Below the pieces are notes generated by a model, which saw nothing but the letters and a program-made list of their open reading frames with translations, was not told the origin of the DNA and made no database searches. A DNA stretch of 64,000 bases from Centroscyllium fabricii. Taxonomy: Eukaryota. The translations under genes were made by a program, and so were the position numbers. The stretch covers positions 83,452,001 through 83,516,000 of the forward strand of contig JBNRSN020000009.1 of NCBI GenBank assembly GCA_051313645.2, given 5' to 3'. Shown one piece after another: positions 1 through 13,487 of the stretch (its first letter is position 1; each line of letters starts with the position of its first letter).

Positions 1-113
1 GAATACATAGTCAATCAGTGTACAACATGTCAATCGGTGAGCAGGAAACCGCCATCAGTACCATTACAGCCATAGTAATGGCCTCCCAGAGTGTGGCAAA
101 GGTTACATGTAGA

Positions 114-421
114 CGGCACAGTGGCATAGTGGTTAGCACTGTTGCCTCACAGCGCTAGGGGCTCGGGCTCAAATCCGGCCTCGGGTAACTATATGTGTGG
201 AGTTTACACATTCTCCCCATGTCTGCGTGGGTTTCCTCCGGGTGCTCCGGTTTCCTCCCACAGTCCAAAGATGTGCGAGTTAGGTTGATTGGCCATGATA
301 AATTGCCCCTTAGTGTTGGGGGGATTAAATATGTGGGGTTACGGGGATAGGGTGGGATATGTGTCGGTGCAGGCTCGATGGGCCGAAATGGCCTCTATCT
401 GCACTGTAGGGATTCTATGAT
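114..421 (+). mobile_element. tRNA-derived V-domain SINE (shark HE1-like), short tail
   Basis: A-box-like TGGCATAGTGG, B-box-like GGCTCAAATCC, V-domain (TGTGTGGAGTTT...GGGTTTCCTCCGGGTGCTCCGGTTTCCTCCCACA) and CR1-type tail GGGCCGAAATGGCC...ATTCTATG. Confidence 0.85.
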
Positions 422-691
422 TTTGCTGAGCTAGAACGACAGCAATTGTCCATAGTGATAGATAGTCACTCAAAGTGGGTAGAGGTGTTTCCGATGTGGA
501 TAATATCAACAAACAAAACACTAGACAATTTGCAAAGATTGTTTTCTTCATGCGGCCTCCCAGAAGAAATTGTGTCTGATAATGGGCCACAATTTTGTTC
601 AGAAGAGTTCACACAGTTCATGAGCAGAAATGGTGTGAAACATACCAAAGTTCCTACAAACCACCCTGCTTCAAATGGTGCAGCAGAGCGC

Positions 692-963
692 TGTGGTAAA
701 CCACTGTATATATGTATATATGTCTCCCCCTTGTGTCCCCTCCCTGTAACTGTACTGTAACGCCTCCTTGCCAGGGAGGACTCACCTGGGAGGACTCTGC
801 TCCCCGGCTTCCTCCCCAGGCTCCGCCCACTGGGTATAAAAGTGCCAGCACACCTGAGTGTTTTCACTTTGGCTTGGAAGATCATCGGACCTGTGTCCAC
901 TTCTATGTTAATAAAAGCCTCGATTACATCTAACCATCGACTGGAGTAATTGATTGTGCATCA
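692..963 (+). mobile_element. Solo LTR of the same Mag-like family as elements A-E
   Basis: Begins TGTGGTAAACCACTG like the element B LTR. Contains TATAAA and AATAAAAGCC, and ends AATTGATTGTGCATCA. Flanks AGCGC/AGCAT are only an imperfect TSD. Confidence 0.85.
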
Positions 964-3082
964 AGCATTGTCAAACGTGCCCTCATCAAGTAAATGCTGG
1001 ATCCAAATCCAAAGAAATGTCAGTTGGCATTGAACAGCAAACTGGCAAATTTTCTGATTGCCTATCGGAATACTCCTCATACCATTACTGGTAGAAAACC
1101 AGCAGAGTTCTTTCTCAAATGACAGCCATGAACCAGGTTCTCATTGTTAAAGCCAAATTTGGCACAGACTGTAGAAGAGAAACAATCAAGGCAGAAGAAG
1201 AGTCATGATAAAGGTAGAGTTAGAGAGAGAAGTGTCAAGTTGAACCAGAAGGTTAGAGTGAAGAACCATCAACATAAATGTTTAAAGTGGTTACCAGGAA
1301 GAGTAGTGAAGATATGTGGCCCTCGCACATATTTGTTCAAGATTTTTGATCATGGAAAGGTTAGGTTTGTTCACATTGATCATATTTTACCTACAGATGT
1401 GGAAGGAGTTGAAAGCTGGGATGATTCAATTTATTCTGCTGAGTCAGATAGTCTTGTTACAAGTAGAGTACCATCAGATGTACCAGAAACAAGTTCAAGA
1501 CAAAGTCAGAATTTACGTCTGAGCCTGAGTCAGGCAGACAAACAGTCTGAAAGTGTAGAGAGTCCAAATGTAGATCAAGGTCAGCCCTTGGAGAAAAATT
1601 CTCTACAAGCTCAACCTAGAATGAGTCAAAATGCTACAACATGATCTGAAAGTTCTGTTCAAGAAAGAAGGTATCCACTTCGAAACAGAAAACCAGTGGT
1701 TAAGTTTAATCTGTAAATATGGAAAATAAGTTCATATCTTTTGTTTGTGTTACCGAATTCTATAGCAGAATTTGGAAACATAAAATGGGTTCCATTTGAG
1801 AAATGTATACCAAGAGTTGTATATACCATGCCAGTCATGTACAATGATTATTTGCTATGATTAACTTCTTCAATAAGGAGGGAGAAGTGTAATAGAGCCA
1901 TCTGGTGGACTACTGATATATATAATAATAAAGTCACATGCAGTACAGTTCTTACCAGAAGCCATGTTGTGCTGTTGTATATATATGCTGCGCCTCAAGA
2001 TAGCACATATATATATATATATATTGCCAGGTCCAGTCAAATGAAATATAAAAAAACTGAAGGTATGAAAAATACAGCGAGTACTTTTATGTAGTTAGTT
2101 CAAGCTGATGAAAAAGGATAGAGCCATCTTTCTCAGCTGCAAAGAACTACAAAACTATTCAGGTAAATATGGCCAACATCCGCAACCTATTTAGATAGGC
2201 ATTTCTGTTTGAGGGAAAAGTGGCATCCATATCCATATATAATGTTGTAATAATAATTGAGACTCATACCCATATATTTAGGGTGTCCATGAATCCTCTG
2301 CTGAAGTTACAGGGGACAATCGGAAGAACTACCAACCTGACGAGTTCAAATTTCATCTGATTAATGGAGATGCATGGAGTGTAGAGCAAATAGTATAAAT
2401 TAAGAATTTGTACAGGATTTATTAGAGGGTTGGAGGATTGATGGCTGTACGAATTGCTGGGATGGGAAACACTTTTTTATTGTTTTACCTACAACTGAAA
2501 TATCTCTGAAGAATTGTTCTTTGTTTTTTCTCAGATATTGTTAAATTTCAGATCTTAAATAACCAGAATTACTCATGATGGAAAATGCAATAAAGCTATG
2601 CAATCAGGCATATGATCAGTGTAGACATGTATAGGAAGCTGTTGATGGTTGCAAAATAAAAAGTTATACCTAAACAATGGGGGCCTCTTCTGCTCCTATA
2701 TTGTTGACTTGATCTCCTGTCATCCGGCATAGCTATGTGTAAATGTTTCTTATCTGGTGTGCAGAGAAGCTATGCCTCCTTTGAGCATCACTACTAAACT
2801 GTTGTAATGAAGACAGCATACGAAGGTGGAATCAAGGTTCACAATAAGTCACTGTCTTCATCAATTCCATGAGCTCACTATAGCAGGCTAGCATTTAACA
2901 GATATGAGCATTCGGCATATTCATTGCTGAAGCAGATTTTCTCTTTGAAGTAATGCTTTCTGTCTTTTAAATGCTTGCTGCTGCTCCCTTTATTAGCTGG
3001 TCTATTTATAAGTGTTTCTGTATTGTATCTGTTAAACAACGAAAGCTTGAATTCTTGCAAGAAAGAAACATTGATAGACATT

Positions 3083-3831
3083 GCCCAGATATTGCAGTGG
3101 AGCCTTCGTGCGGGTGCAGTGCCTGCTAGTTGCACTTGCACTGCCCATAATCCGGTTTGCTTTTTTGCACTCAGTAATTCCTGTTAGCCCAGCTTGTCAG
3201 AGCTCTGTGCGAGCTTCATGGGCAACTGAAGGGCGTAATTAGTGCGAGATGGGAGCCAATCAGTGGAAGCATTCCTCCGTTCAAAACTTCCACTGAGAAA
3301 TCTGTGCAAGTTTTGAAAGGAGAGATTGCCCAAAAGACATCTAAACTCAAAAATATATATTTTTTAAACACCACAATTTTTTAACATTACCCCAACTAAC
3401 ACAAATAAACTATTTTAAAGAAAAAATAAAAAATTTACAGAATTTTTTTTCAACTTCTAACAGGTCTAAAAAAATACTTGCCTGTCTTTAAAGTTATCAA
3501 CAATTAAAAACCTGAAAAAACAACAATTAAAATCAATAAAATACACCAGATAAAAACAGCTACTTACGACTGCTTTTTCCAGCGTTGAATCTCCTGGTCT
3601 TGGTCCGTAGAAAAAGTTTTTTTTTTTTTTTTTAAACGGAATGACTGGACGCACCCCGCAGTTCGATGGTTCCTGCGCTAGCCCTCGCAGGAACTCTACC
3701 CCCACCCCCCACCCCGCTGGCCGGCACAGGAAAACCTGAGGCAGCGCAAACGGCTGCTTCCTGCGGGTTTAAGCTCTGGTGCGCTCGCACCAGAGCTCAA
3801 ACGCAATATAGGCAGACTGGAATTTCTGGCC
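3083..3831. mobile_element. Putative non-autonomous TIR element (MITE-like)
   Basis: Imperfect terminal inverted repeats GCCCAGATATTGCAGT / ACTGGAATTTCTGGCC; GC-rich ends with an AT-rich core. Confidence 0.4.
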
Positions 3832-5797
3832 CAATCAGATCACCAGCCATTTCCAGGTTAAATAGAGTAAACTGGAAAAGTACATAACAGAAACGTGTGC
3901 TAAGCATTAAGAGCTCATTGATCCAACACAATAAAGCTTCTTCATGGAAAGAAGGGCCAGTGGTATCTACAGGCAATCAGTAATTATACAATGCCTGTCA
4001 ATATTTTAACATGTAATAAAGTATATCGCTAGGGTGATAAAACATTATCAGAACAAAAGATAAATGTAACTTTAAAACATTTTACATATTACCATTGTAA
4101 ATCAGAACTCTGTTCTCAATCACATTGTAAAAACATCGCCACAAATAAGTAGTCAAAGCTACACAGATTTTCTTGCCTTTCTGCATGTTATAATTTGTTA
4201 CATTACATTGATGATGGAAAGTAAGTTTTTTATGAGACATTGTCTTACTTGTTGCAAGAAGGAACCTGAACCCTTATCATTACTTGTCACATCACGTCAA
4301 TGAATAAGATATGACAATTTATATAATGCCAAAAAATGTCACTGTCTAGCAATTCAATGTGTTGGTATTAACATAACATACTTAATATGGAACTACTCAA
4401 CCGGTAATCTACGTAGACACAAATACCATGACATTTTCATTAATTTTCAAAGGCTGAAACAAAGATGCAAATTACTTCTATACTTCAATACACTGGTATT
4501 CTATTGGAATAATTTAGCAGAATTTCCTCTGATCTCTTCTACCTTATTAAGATTAAAGGAAGCTTGCAGTATTCCTCCCATACTGGCAACATGAAAGATA
4601 TTCGCCTTGTGATGACAAATTACATTTGTATATGTTTACAATATTTGTTACAGGGAAATATCTTCAACATAAAAGTGTGGTCTCAAGACTCACTTTGTAG
4701 TACAGAACTACCTGACATGACATTCATGGAGCGGTTTAATCGCGCAAGCAATTATAATATTAAACATTATACTGTCAAATCAGAGACGGTTAAATTTTCA
4801 CTCCGTTTCCATAAGAAGGAACTGGTGATTAATTGAAACACCATGTGAGGCACCCATTCTAAAGCTCCACAGATCTAAATAAAACATATGCGCTGGTGGT
4901 GAAATTCCTAAGTTACCAAACCAGGAAAATAGTGTGCAAATAGTACAGGGTAAGGGCAAACTAACCTGGCAGGGCTAATGCATCTCCAACTTATGGGTAT
5001 CTGTCCCAAGAATTATGGACAAATGAAAGGAATTCAATGGGAATAAGAAAGTGCTACTAAATGTCTGTGCACAACAAACACAAGATGGTTCTCTGCATTT
5101 TTCCACTGTTTGGAAAACAACCACTTGCTCCATTGCAACATCACGCAGCATGCCCTCCAGGTGTGCATTCACCAGGTTACTGATAGCAGTCTTCAGGAGA
5201 GCCAAGGAATTCATAGAACGTGAGGTGACAGTAAGGCAGCGGTGTGATAGGGCTTAATAGTTTTATTGTATTGCTGGCTACCTCAAAGTTCAAGACATTC
5301 TTTTTGCACTCAAACCTCCAACATTCAACCCTTTAAACTTTCTAGACAGAAAGGGATACCATTTGCTCAATGTTCAAATAATCTATGACCAGCTCCAAAG
5401 AATTCCACATGTCAATTTCCGCATTTGCAGGCAGTTATCACAATGCCTTTGTGCTCAGGAATTCCAGCCCCCCGATCTGTTCATGGAAGAAAGTCAAATG
5501 TCCAAATGGCTTTTGAGCAATAGGGCTAATACATTCCTTCCATGAATCATGAGCTCTCTGCGAGCGGTGGGAACAAAAGCTCAATCAGTGATTTCCGCTG
5601 CCTGGAGATGCTCTGCAGTACACCCCGACCAAATTTGTTGCAGCATAAAATGGGCACTAAGAGTCCAATATGGCAGATGGCATAGGGATGGACAAGTGCA
5701 CGTGCCACCTGCCATATTGGACCCTTAGTGGCCCATGAAATGGGCCACTATGTGTTGGGTTCAAGACCCACTCTAGGATCCATGTACATAATCTCAT

Positions 5798-6130
5798 CTG
5801 ACACTCCGAAACAGTACTGATGGGGGGTGCCACGTTGTCAGAGGTGCATTTCTTCAGGTGAAATGTTTAAACTAAAGCCTGGGTACTTGTCCTGGTAGTT
5901 TAGATGGATGTTAAAGATCCAGTGGCACTATTTGAAGAAGGGCAGGGAGCTCTCCTGGTTTCATGGCCAACACCATCAAAAAATGATTAATTGGTCAATC
6001 ATCTCATTTCTATTTGTGAGACTTCCTGTACACAAAATGGTTACTGTGTTTTCCTACATAATAGCAGTCACACACTTCAAAAATAATTCATTGAATATGG
6101 TGAATTGAAGAAGAGCAGTATAAATAAAAG
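5798..6130 (+). mobile_element. Degraded Deu-domain SINE (SacSINE1/AmnSINE-like)
   Basis: Similar to the reverse complement of 10226-10610 (GTGGCACTATTTGAAGAAGGGCAGGGAG...; tail TATAAATAAAAGTCT). Confidence 0.6.
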
Positions 6131-6658
6131 TCTCTCTTTTTTCAACTCCAATATCTACATTTTCCTCATTCCAGTCATAGATGCAACTTGTATCCTTATA
6201 TACCTTCCTCGACTGAAAGCATCTCCAACTCTTCTTAAGTAATTCAATCATTATTGCATTAATGGCATCCTTTGACAGTTTATTCCACGTATTCATTATT
6301 TTCTAGAAGAATTTTGTGTTCTATTTTTGTTACAGAACGACTCATCCTCGACATCAGTGCAGCTTTCCAAGGCCTGCATTCAGCTCTGAAAATGTAGGTG
6401 CAAGGTTAGTTTTCCAGCTTGACATAACTCTGCACGCCAGAATGTTTTAGCCTTACTGCCTTGAATTGATGATGTGCCAATAGATATCGCACAGTTCATT
6501 TACTAAAATTGAAAATTACTTCGCTTATTCATAATGTGATCAACTTTTCTTGCTGCAATATAAAACCTGGCTAGCAATGTAAGTCATAAAATGTGCATTT
6601 ATCCGATTTAAAAAAAAATCTAATTAAAAAAGTTGAGTGGGCCAAATGTGATTGCTTG

Positions 6659-7558
6659 TGTAAGTGAATAAACACCGCCTCTGTAACACATTGAAGAGCT
6701 TAATCAAATGTAACTCAGAATGATGTTCCAGCTCTAATTCCATGTAGATCCCCTAGATGGTGATATAAATCAACAGTCAAGTAGATCATTCAAACCAGAA
6801 TTGCGAAGATCAAAACAAATTTCACTTGTCCATGCATTATTAATGAAACAAAATAAGAAACTAGAAAATAATACAAAGGAATCTATGATGCTAAGTAGAA
6901 ATTGGAATTCGCTTAACAAAACTAATTGCAAAGATATTTAAAAAATAATTCGTACAAGGGCATAAAATGAGAGAGATCATGGAGATAAGGTATTTATCTG
7001 ACAGATTAAAGTGAGATAGTCTGGATACCTCAAGACCAGTGAACTAGCATTGATCTGGGCTCTTGGTATAAAGGCCTTGTACCAGGGTGGCAGGAAATGA
7101 AAGAGATATGGTAAATTCCAATGGGGTGAAAAACTATAAACAACGTAACAAGACAACAGAACAGGGGTGACGGAAAAATACTGGAAAGGCAGGATGTTAC
7201 CCTTAGTCTGAGTGACAATGGTATTTTGACCATTAGAGCTAATTTAAAAAGGTGATTTTGTTAAAGACCATATATGGACACTAGCCACACCAACTTTTGA
7301 TAAGGGTTGAAACCTCGATACTCAAAGAACGACTTTACACAGATTTACTGCGAGAACAAAGGAACAGGCTTAAGACGATGTCATCTGTGTCCGAGAGGTT
7401 CCAGAGACCAAGGCCTACGAGCTACTCATTAAAACTATCACCTTTTGTTAAGTATTGATTCCGCTGTATGTTTAATAAATCTTGATCTATTGCTCAAACA
7501 TGCTGACTGCTGCCTATTAGTGTCTTGTCCAAGAACTGAGAGATGATTAAATCTTACA
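6659..7558 (+). mobile_element. Probable solo LTR (ERV-like)
   Basis: TGTAAG...CTTACA termini, TATA-like boxes, AATAAA near 7474. No clean TSD, so the left end is uncertain. Confidence 0.45.
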
Positions 7559-8941
7559 CTGTGTACATATGTGTGCAGATATGATAAATCATAGACACCT
7601 AAGAGTAATATAGTTCAGCGTTTCACATCACATCAAAAACGAAAAGAGCAAAGCCTGTATAGTTTATAACTGTCGTTCAAAACCGGAGATTAGATTTCAG
7701 CCCAGAAATTGTTCCTATTACATCTTGTGCTATTTACACTATTACTTTTTCTTCATTTTTTTTGCTTCCTCTCCTGAAAATTAAACCTCTTCTTCGGATG
7801 CAATTCAATAAACATCGACAGCCCTCCAGTACCTCCAAGTAGCCATCTCAATATATGATCTTGGACTGCAAATGTCTGCAAGCTACTTGACTATGGGAAG
7901 AGTCTTACCCAAAGCCAATATTCACATATTTCTATTAGAATTCACTGAAACGTGATAAGGAATGGAAACACTGGCCAATTGTTGTCTGCCGCATTTTGGC
8001 ACACTGAGGCCAATTATAGCACCCCACTGCCTCCTTGGCTGAGATCAGTTATCTCAATTCAGACCAAGGGACAAGCAAGGGCCCATTCTGGCCTGCACAG
8101 CTCAGTATCACACTGGACAGGGAATACAATCAGAACAAGCACACGGTTTATGTTGAGCTTGGTTACTGTAATCTTGGCTCTAAATTTAAATGGGATTTCC
8201 CACTGATATCAGTCTACACATGGTTCCTGCTGGTACCACATGCCATTTAACAGTTCATCTTACCTCCTACTGCGACTGCCTCATGTATCTCAGCCAAATT
8301 GAAAACAGAGACTTAATTAAAATGTATTTTAGCTGGTGCGTGTGGATATATATATATCTACACACACATACACACAGTTATACATGGTTATGTAATTTTT
8401 TTAAATTCTAGCATGCAGAGAGAGTGACAGTACAAAGTGAAATGAGTGGACAAAAGGGACCGTTGTTATTGGGAGGGTGTGAATTATCAGAATATGGTTG
8501 GTGATTCTGATTGTTCAATTTTTCTGGAAAGTGCTCTTATGTAGCAGAATTACCTTGAAGTGAGACTTTCCTGTCTGATGGGTCTTGTGCTGCATCTGCA
8601 TTGAAGCACTGTTATCGGAGTTTGCCATTTCTTAAGGCTGGAGGGAAGGGCCTGAGCTCTCAGCCCACCTATACAGGCCAGCAATGTAGGTTTTGCACTG
8701 CTAGCCTGCATAGTGCTTCCTCCCTAACTGAGGAATTTAGTTACCATTGCTACTGTTTGTGTGACTTACTGTGCGGCAATTGGTCACTGCGATTGTGTAT
8801 ATGAAAATTGTGACTACACTTAAAAAGTAATGCATTGGTTGGAAACATACCCTGAGCAAGCGAGAAGGTCCTTTTTAAATGCAAGTTCTTGTATTCTTAA
8901 TGACGCATACAGGAGTTTGTGCACGCGCAGCTGCTTCTAAT

Positions 8942-9787
8942 TGCTGGATTTTGACAATGGGAATTTTTTGAGGCGGGACTCCCACTTGTCGTGTTTTAGT
9001 CCCGCTTCCATCGACTTCTGGCCAACCCACGCTATTTTCCCGCCCAGTGGGCTTGGCAGGCCAATTAAGGGGAAGCCAGTTACAGAGAAGGTCAGCGTAT
9101 GACGTTTCATCTGTCAAACATTTTTGGCAGATGAATTGTCATCATTTGACAGCTCTATGAAGCTGTCAAACACTGACATTCTCTGTTGTTTGATGAGTTC
9201 TTGTATTCAAAACTCATCAAACCTCTTTTGTGAGCAGAAATTAGATGGTTTTTGCATTGGAGAATGCAGCAGCCATCTGTTATCTCTGCCGGTGAGATGC
9301 GAGTTTCTCCGCATCCCCAACATTTGCAGCCTGCAGGAAGGAACAAAGGTAAGCAAACATTTTCTATCACTTTCCACTCACCTCACATACTTACCTCTCC
9401 ACACTTGCACCCATCACTTACCTTCACAGCGCACTTTTGCACCCCCCCCCCCCCCACACCCCGAGACCGACTGCTCGCCTTGCTGACCCTGGCAAGGTTC
9501 GGAGTCTACGGGAAGCTCGCATTTGTGTGGGTAAAATGGGGATAATCCTCTTGTGTGCCTGCTAACAGGCAGTCAAGTGGCTGTAATCCCCTTCCCGGGG
9601 ACGGGGCCTGGCGCGGGTCGACTACCCGCCTCCTGGCAAGATGGCATGGAGGCAGGTTGGGGCGGGATGGGCACCCGCCCCCAGATTCTGCTATTTTCCC
9701 AGCAGTCCTGCCTTTCCAAGGCTGGCAAGACCACACCCTAAGTTCCAGTCATGATTTTAAACAACTACATACATGTAATTTTGCCCC
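8942..9787. mobile_element. Putative MITE-like element
   Basis: Ends GCTGGATTTT / AATTTTGCCCC resemble the termini of other TIR elements in the window; GC-rich subterminal regions. Confidence 0.35.
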
Positions 9788-10225
9788 AATGTTTCTTCTT
9801 TGCTGCCATGCTCTGAGATCTGCCAGTATTGCAAGCAGGACAGCTTCCAGAGTACTGCAGGACAAGGCTTGAATGGAAACAGTTCCACAATATTAACGTG
9901 CTAAAGGTAACCAAGAGAAAGGTTCAAAGCCGAGATTTATAGTGGCAAACAAAGTTTAGATTGGCAGATGATCCTTTCTAATTCTCACTAAATCGAAGTG
10001 CAATTGGGTGCAACAGCTATCTTTCGACATATATGTGACTTAAGTTATTAGATGCAAAATAATTCATGATCCTTTTACAGTTCAATACAATTGGTTTTAT
10101 GAATGGAATGACTGCTGCCAATGAACCGGAAGCTGTGCAGACGAACAACCAAAATCCACAGACTGCGCATGCACAATTACTTCCAGTTCATTGGCAGCAG
10201 TCGCACCCAATAATTATAGATGAGA

Positions 10226-10610
10226 AAGAAAGAAAGACTTGCATTTATATAGCGCCTTTCACGACCACCAGACGTCTCAAAGTGCTTTACAGGCAATGAT
10301 GAATTTTTGAAGTTTAGTCACTGTTGTGATGTGGGAAACGCAGCAGCCAATTAGCGCACAGCAAGCTCCCACAAACAGCAATATGATAATGACCAGATAA
10401 TCTGTTTTTGCTATGTTGGTTGAGGGATAAATATTGGCCAGGACACCAGGGACAACTCCCCTGCTCTTTGAAATAGTGCCACGGGATCTGTTATGTCCAC
10501 CTGAGAGAGTAGACAGGGCCTCGGTTTAACGTCTCATCTGAAAGACGGCACCTCCGACAGTGCAGCACTCCCTCAGCACTGCACTGGAGTGTCAGCCTAG
10601 TTTCATGTGC
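10226..10610 (-). mobile_element. Deu-domain SINE (SacSINE1/AmnSINE-like) with L2-type tail
   Basis: Characteristic CACCTCCGACAGTGCAGCACTCCCTCAG and GGCCTCGGTTTAACGTCTCATC; tail AAGAAAGACTTGCATTTATATAGCGCCTTT. Confidence 0.75.
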
Positions 10611-12329
10611 AATTTAGAGGCAATTTAGACCTATCTTAATTCATCCATCCTGCCATACCCTACATCATCCCCCCACTATCCAGAAGTTTTTTTTAAATGA
10701 TTCCAAAGTTTTCACTTCTGCTACTCTTTGCTTTGTAAAAAAAATTCTAGCATGGAGCATCAAGGTTGACACCATGTAAATTGAAGACAAGAAGGAATAA
10801 ATGGTGGCCACCCAAAACAGGTGTAAATGAGCAATGAGCAAAACAGGCACCAGGCCTGCTCCATTCAGGATGCTTCAGCGGCCTAAGCTGCTGCCAACAA
10901 AAAGTCATTTTTCGTTTATAACAATTCAAAAAACATTGCTGTGGAGCCAGAAGGAGCAGGAGTGTTCCGCTGACTCCACAGTACTCGTAATCTTCCCCTC
11001 CTCCATAATCTCTCAACCATCCCTCCTGCCCACCCCCGGCCCCGCTTACATACCTTAGGGCCGCTCAGTTATTTATAATGGGCGAGCTGCCTATGGAGGC
11101 ACCAGCAGCTCACTGAAATCATAAAAATAAGGCCCGAGGCCCAATTTTCGGCCAGCCTCAGACCTCTTGGCTCGGGTACATGCTGACAGTGTGTCGCTGG
11201 TTATGCATCCGAAAATGGACCATAACTAATTTTTACCTCAAGGTCTCGGACATGGTTACTAAGGGCCACATAAGTCTGCAATGAATTAAATTCATTTACT
11301 AATCCTTACTGATGCACATGGGTTTCCAACTATCCTTCTTTGATAAGAGTAAAACATTTCCTTTGTGGTGTAAATACAGCATCCTAGGAATGATGCCTTG
11401 CAACCCAAAGTAACTGCACTGTTCACATCCAGCGGGTGGTGCAGAATTTATTTCAGTTCCCATGACAACCATAGAATGTGCATCAAGGTCAATCAGCCAA
11501 TGGTCGTAGCCTATAGCTGCGCAGTTGCTCCCCTTATTACATGAGTTGCACATGAACAAAGAAACTAGCTAAGATATTTTTTGCTTCGGAGTCTCGTTAC
11601 TTTCATTACCTAATCTTTGTGTCGGCACACAACAATGCTTTCTTTATCAGGGTAAAAACAGATGTTATACATTTATTTTACTGCAGCTAGCATATACATA
11701 AAGGCTTGCTACATTAATTCAACCGCTGCACGTTCCAGAAGCCAAGCTGAATATATATGCAACAAAATGGGCAATATCAAGCAGCTGTCAGGTGTGGTAA
11801 ATCATAACCAAATCAATGTTTCCTGGCTAGACATCCATTTACTCCATAACTAGCTACATCATGCACACTACACTGTAAACAAGTCTGTGCATTCCTCCAT
11901 ATCACAATCTGTGTGCATTCTGCTGGAGTGACTGACGGGGGGGGGGGGGGGCGGGGAGGGGGGAAAGAAGCCTGATGGGACATCACCACTGCAGCAGTCT
12001 CCACATTGCAAACCAAATTAAATAATCACCAAGTTAACAAGTAGAGATATGACTTAGTTTCACCCCCCTCGGGCCGTATATGATTTCAGTGAGCTGCTGG
12101 TGCCTTCCGTGCCTCCACAGGCAGCTCACCCATTTAAAAAGATGGAAAACTAGCTGTACATATTTGTATAATCAGCTTCAAAATAATAACATCCTAAACA
12201 TTCTTATGGCAATCCCTCAACAAGGCTTTGATGCGTTTTCTATTATTCTCGTTCAATAAAAAAAATCCAACTCTACAGCAACAACAACTTCTATTTATAT
12301 AGTGCCTTTAACGTGGTAAAACATCCCAT

Positions 12330-12586
12330 TGTGGCGGGTCCACATGCCACTGTAGATATCTGTATATAATACCCATGTATATAATTCTCTCTAACAGACT
12401 CCTAACACCCTCCGGACATTCAACCAGGGTGATAGGCACAAATGTAACTGTTAATGTATCCTTTACAGGTTTTTGGCGGGCTTTTGTGTTCAGTGTTGAG
12501 ATTGACTTCAGAAGTAAAAAGACCTGTTTTTCATCGTTCCTCCGTGTGGGCTCCCTCATTTTGTCAGGAAATTGTTCTTTCCTACA
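12330..12586 (+). mobile_element. Solo LTR (Gypsy-like)
   Basis: TGTGG...CTACA termini, near-TSD CCAT/CCAA; splits the L2 tail (AAACATCCCA|AGGTGCTTCACAGG). Confidence 0.65.
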
Positions 12587-12710
12587 CCAAGGTGCTTCAC
12601 AGGAGTGTTAGCAAACAAAATTTGACACCAAGTCACATTAGGAAATGTGACCAAAAGCTCGGTCAAAAGAGGTAGGTTTTAAGAGCGTTATAACATACCG
12701 CTTTCTAATT

Positions 12711-12987
12711 GAAACATAGAAGATAGGAGCAGGAGTAGGCCATTCGGCCCTTCGAGCCTGCTCCGCCATTCGATGAGATCATGGCTGATCATCCAAACCC
12801 AGTACCCTGTCCCTGCCCTCTCCCCATATCCCTCGATCCCAATCGAGCCTGCACCGACACATATCCCACCCTATCCCCGTAACCCCACATATTCAATCCC
12901 CCTAACACTAAGGGTCAATTTATCATGGCCAATCAACCTAACCCACACATCTTTGGACTGTGGCAGGAAACCGGAGCACCCGGAGGA
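12711..12987 (-). mobile_element. 5'-truncated V-domain SINE with long CR1-derived tail
   Basis: Near-identical reverse complement of the SINE at 62826-63998. Confidence 0.85.
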
Positions 12988-13008
12988 GAGAGAGGTAGAG
13001 AGGTTTAG

Positions 13009-13214
13009 GGATGTAGTTGAGGCGAAGTCATTAAATATATTCAAGAAGGAGTTAGATATAATTCTTGGAGCTAAAGGTAGCAAGGGATATGGGGAGAAGG
13101 CAGGTACGGGGTACTGAGTTTGGATGATCAGCCATGATCTCATCGAATGGTGGAGCAGGCTCGAGGGGCCGAATGGCCTACTCCTGCACCTATCTTCTAT
13201 GTTTCTATGTTTCT
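13009..13214 (+). mobile_element. CR1 LINE 3' end fragment
   Basis: Encodes DVVEAKSLNIFKKELD, typical of the CR1 ORF2 end; 3' stem GGCCGAATGGCC and TTCTATG repeats. Confidence 0.8.
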
Positions 13215-13487
13215 GGGGAGGGAGTTCCAGAGCTTAGGGCCTTGACAGCTGAAGGCACGACTGCCAATGGTAGAGCAGTGATTAAAATTGGATGTGCTCA
13301 ACAGGGCAGAATTGGAAGAGTGCAGATATCTCAGAGGGTTGCAGGTCTGGAGGATGTTACAGAGATAGGGAGGGGGGAGACCACAGAGGGATTTGAAAAC
13401 AGCGATGAGTATATTTTTTTTAATCGAGGCATTGCCGAACTGGGAGCCACTGTAGCTCAGCGAGCACAGAGGTGATGGGTGAATGGA

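Larger units (their letters stand above)
1..2007 (+). mobile_element. Degenerate Ty3/Gypsy (Mag/SURL-like) element, 3' part: integrase remnant, PPT and short 3' LTR (1888-2007)
   Basis: Integrase fragments (IVIDSHSKWVEV, EEIVSDNGPQF, HPASNGAAER, KWLPGRVVKICGPRTY) with stops. Purine tract AAGGAGGGAGAAG is followed by TGTAA...GCACA with AATAAA inside. Interrupted by a SINE and a solo LTR. Confidence 0.85.

Noticed and set aside
11076-12137. Inverted pair at about 11076-11140 and 12068-12137 as ends of one transposon
   Set aside because: No TIR termini or TSD found; probably two fragments of a common repeat.
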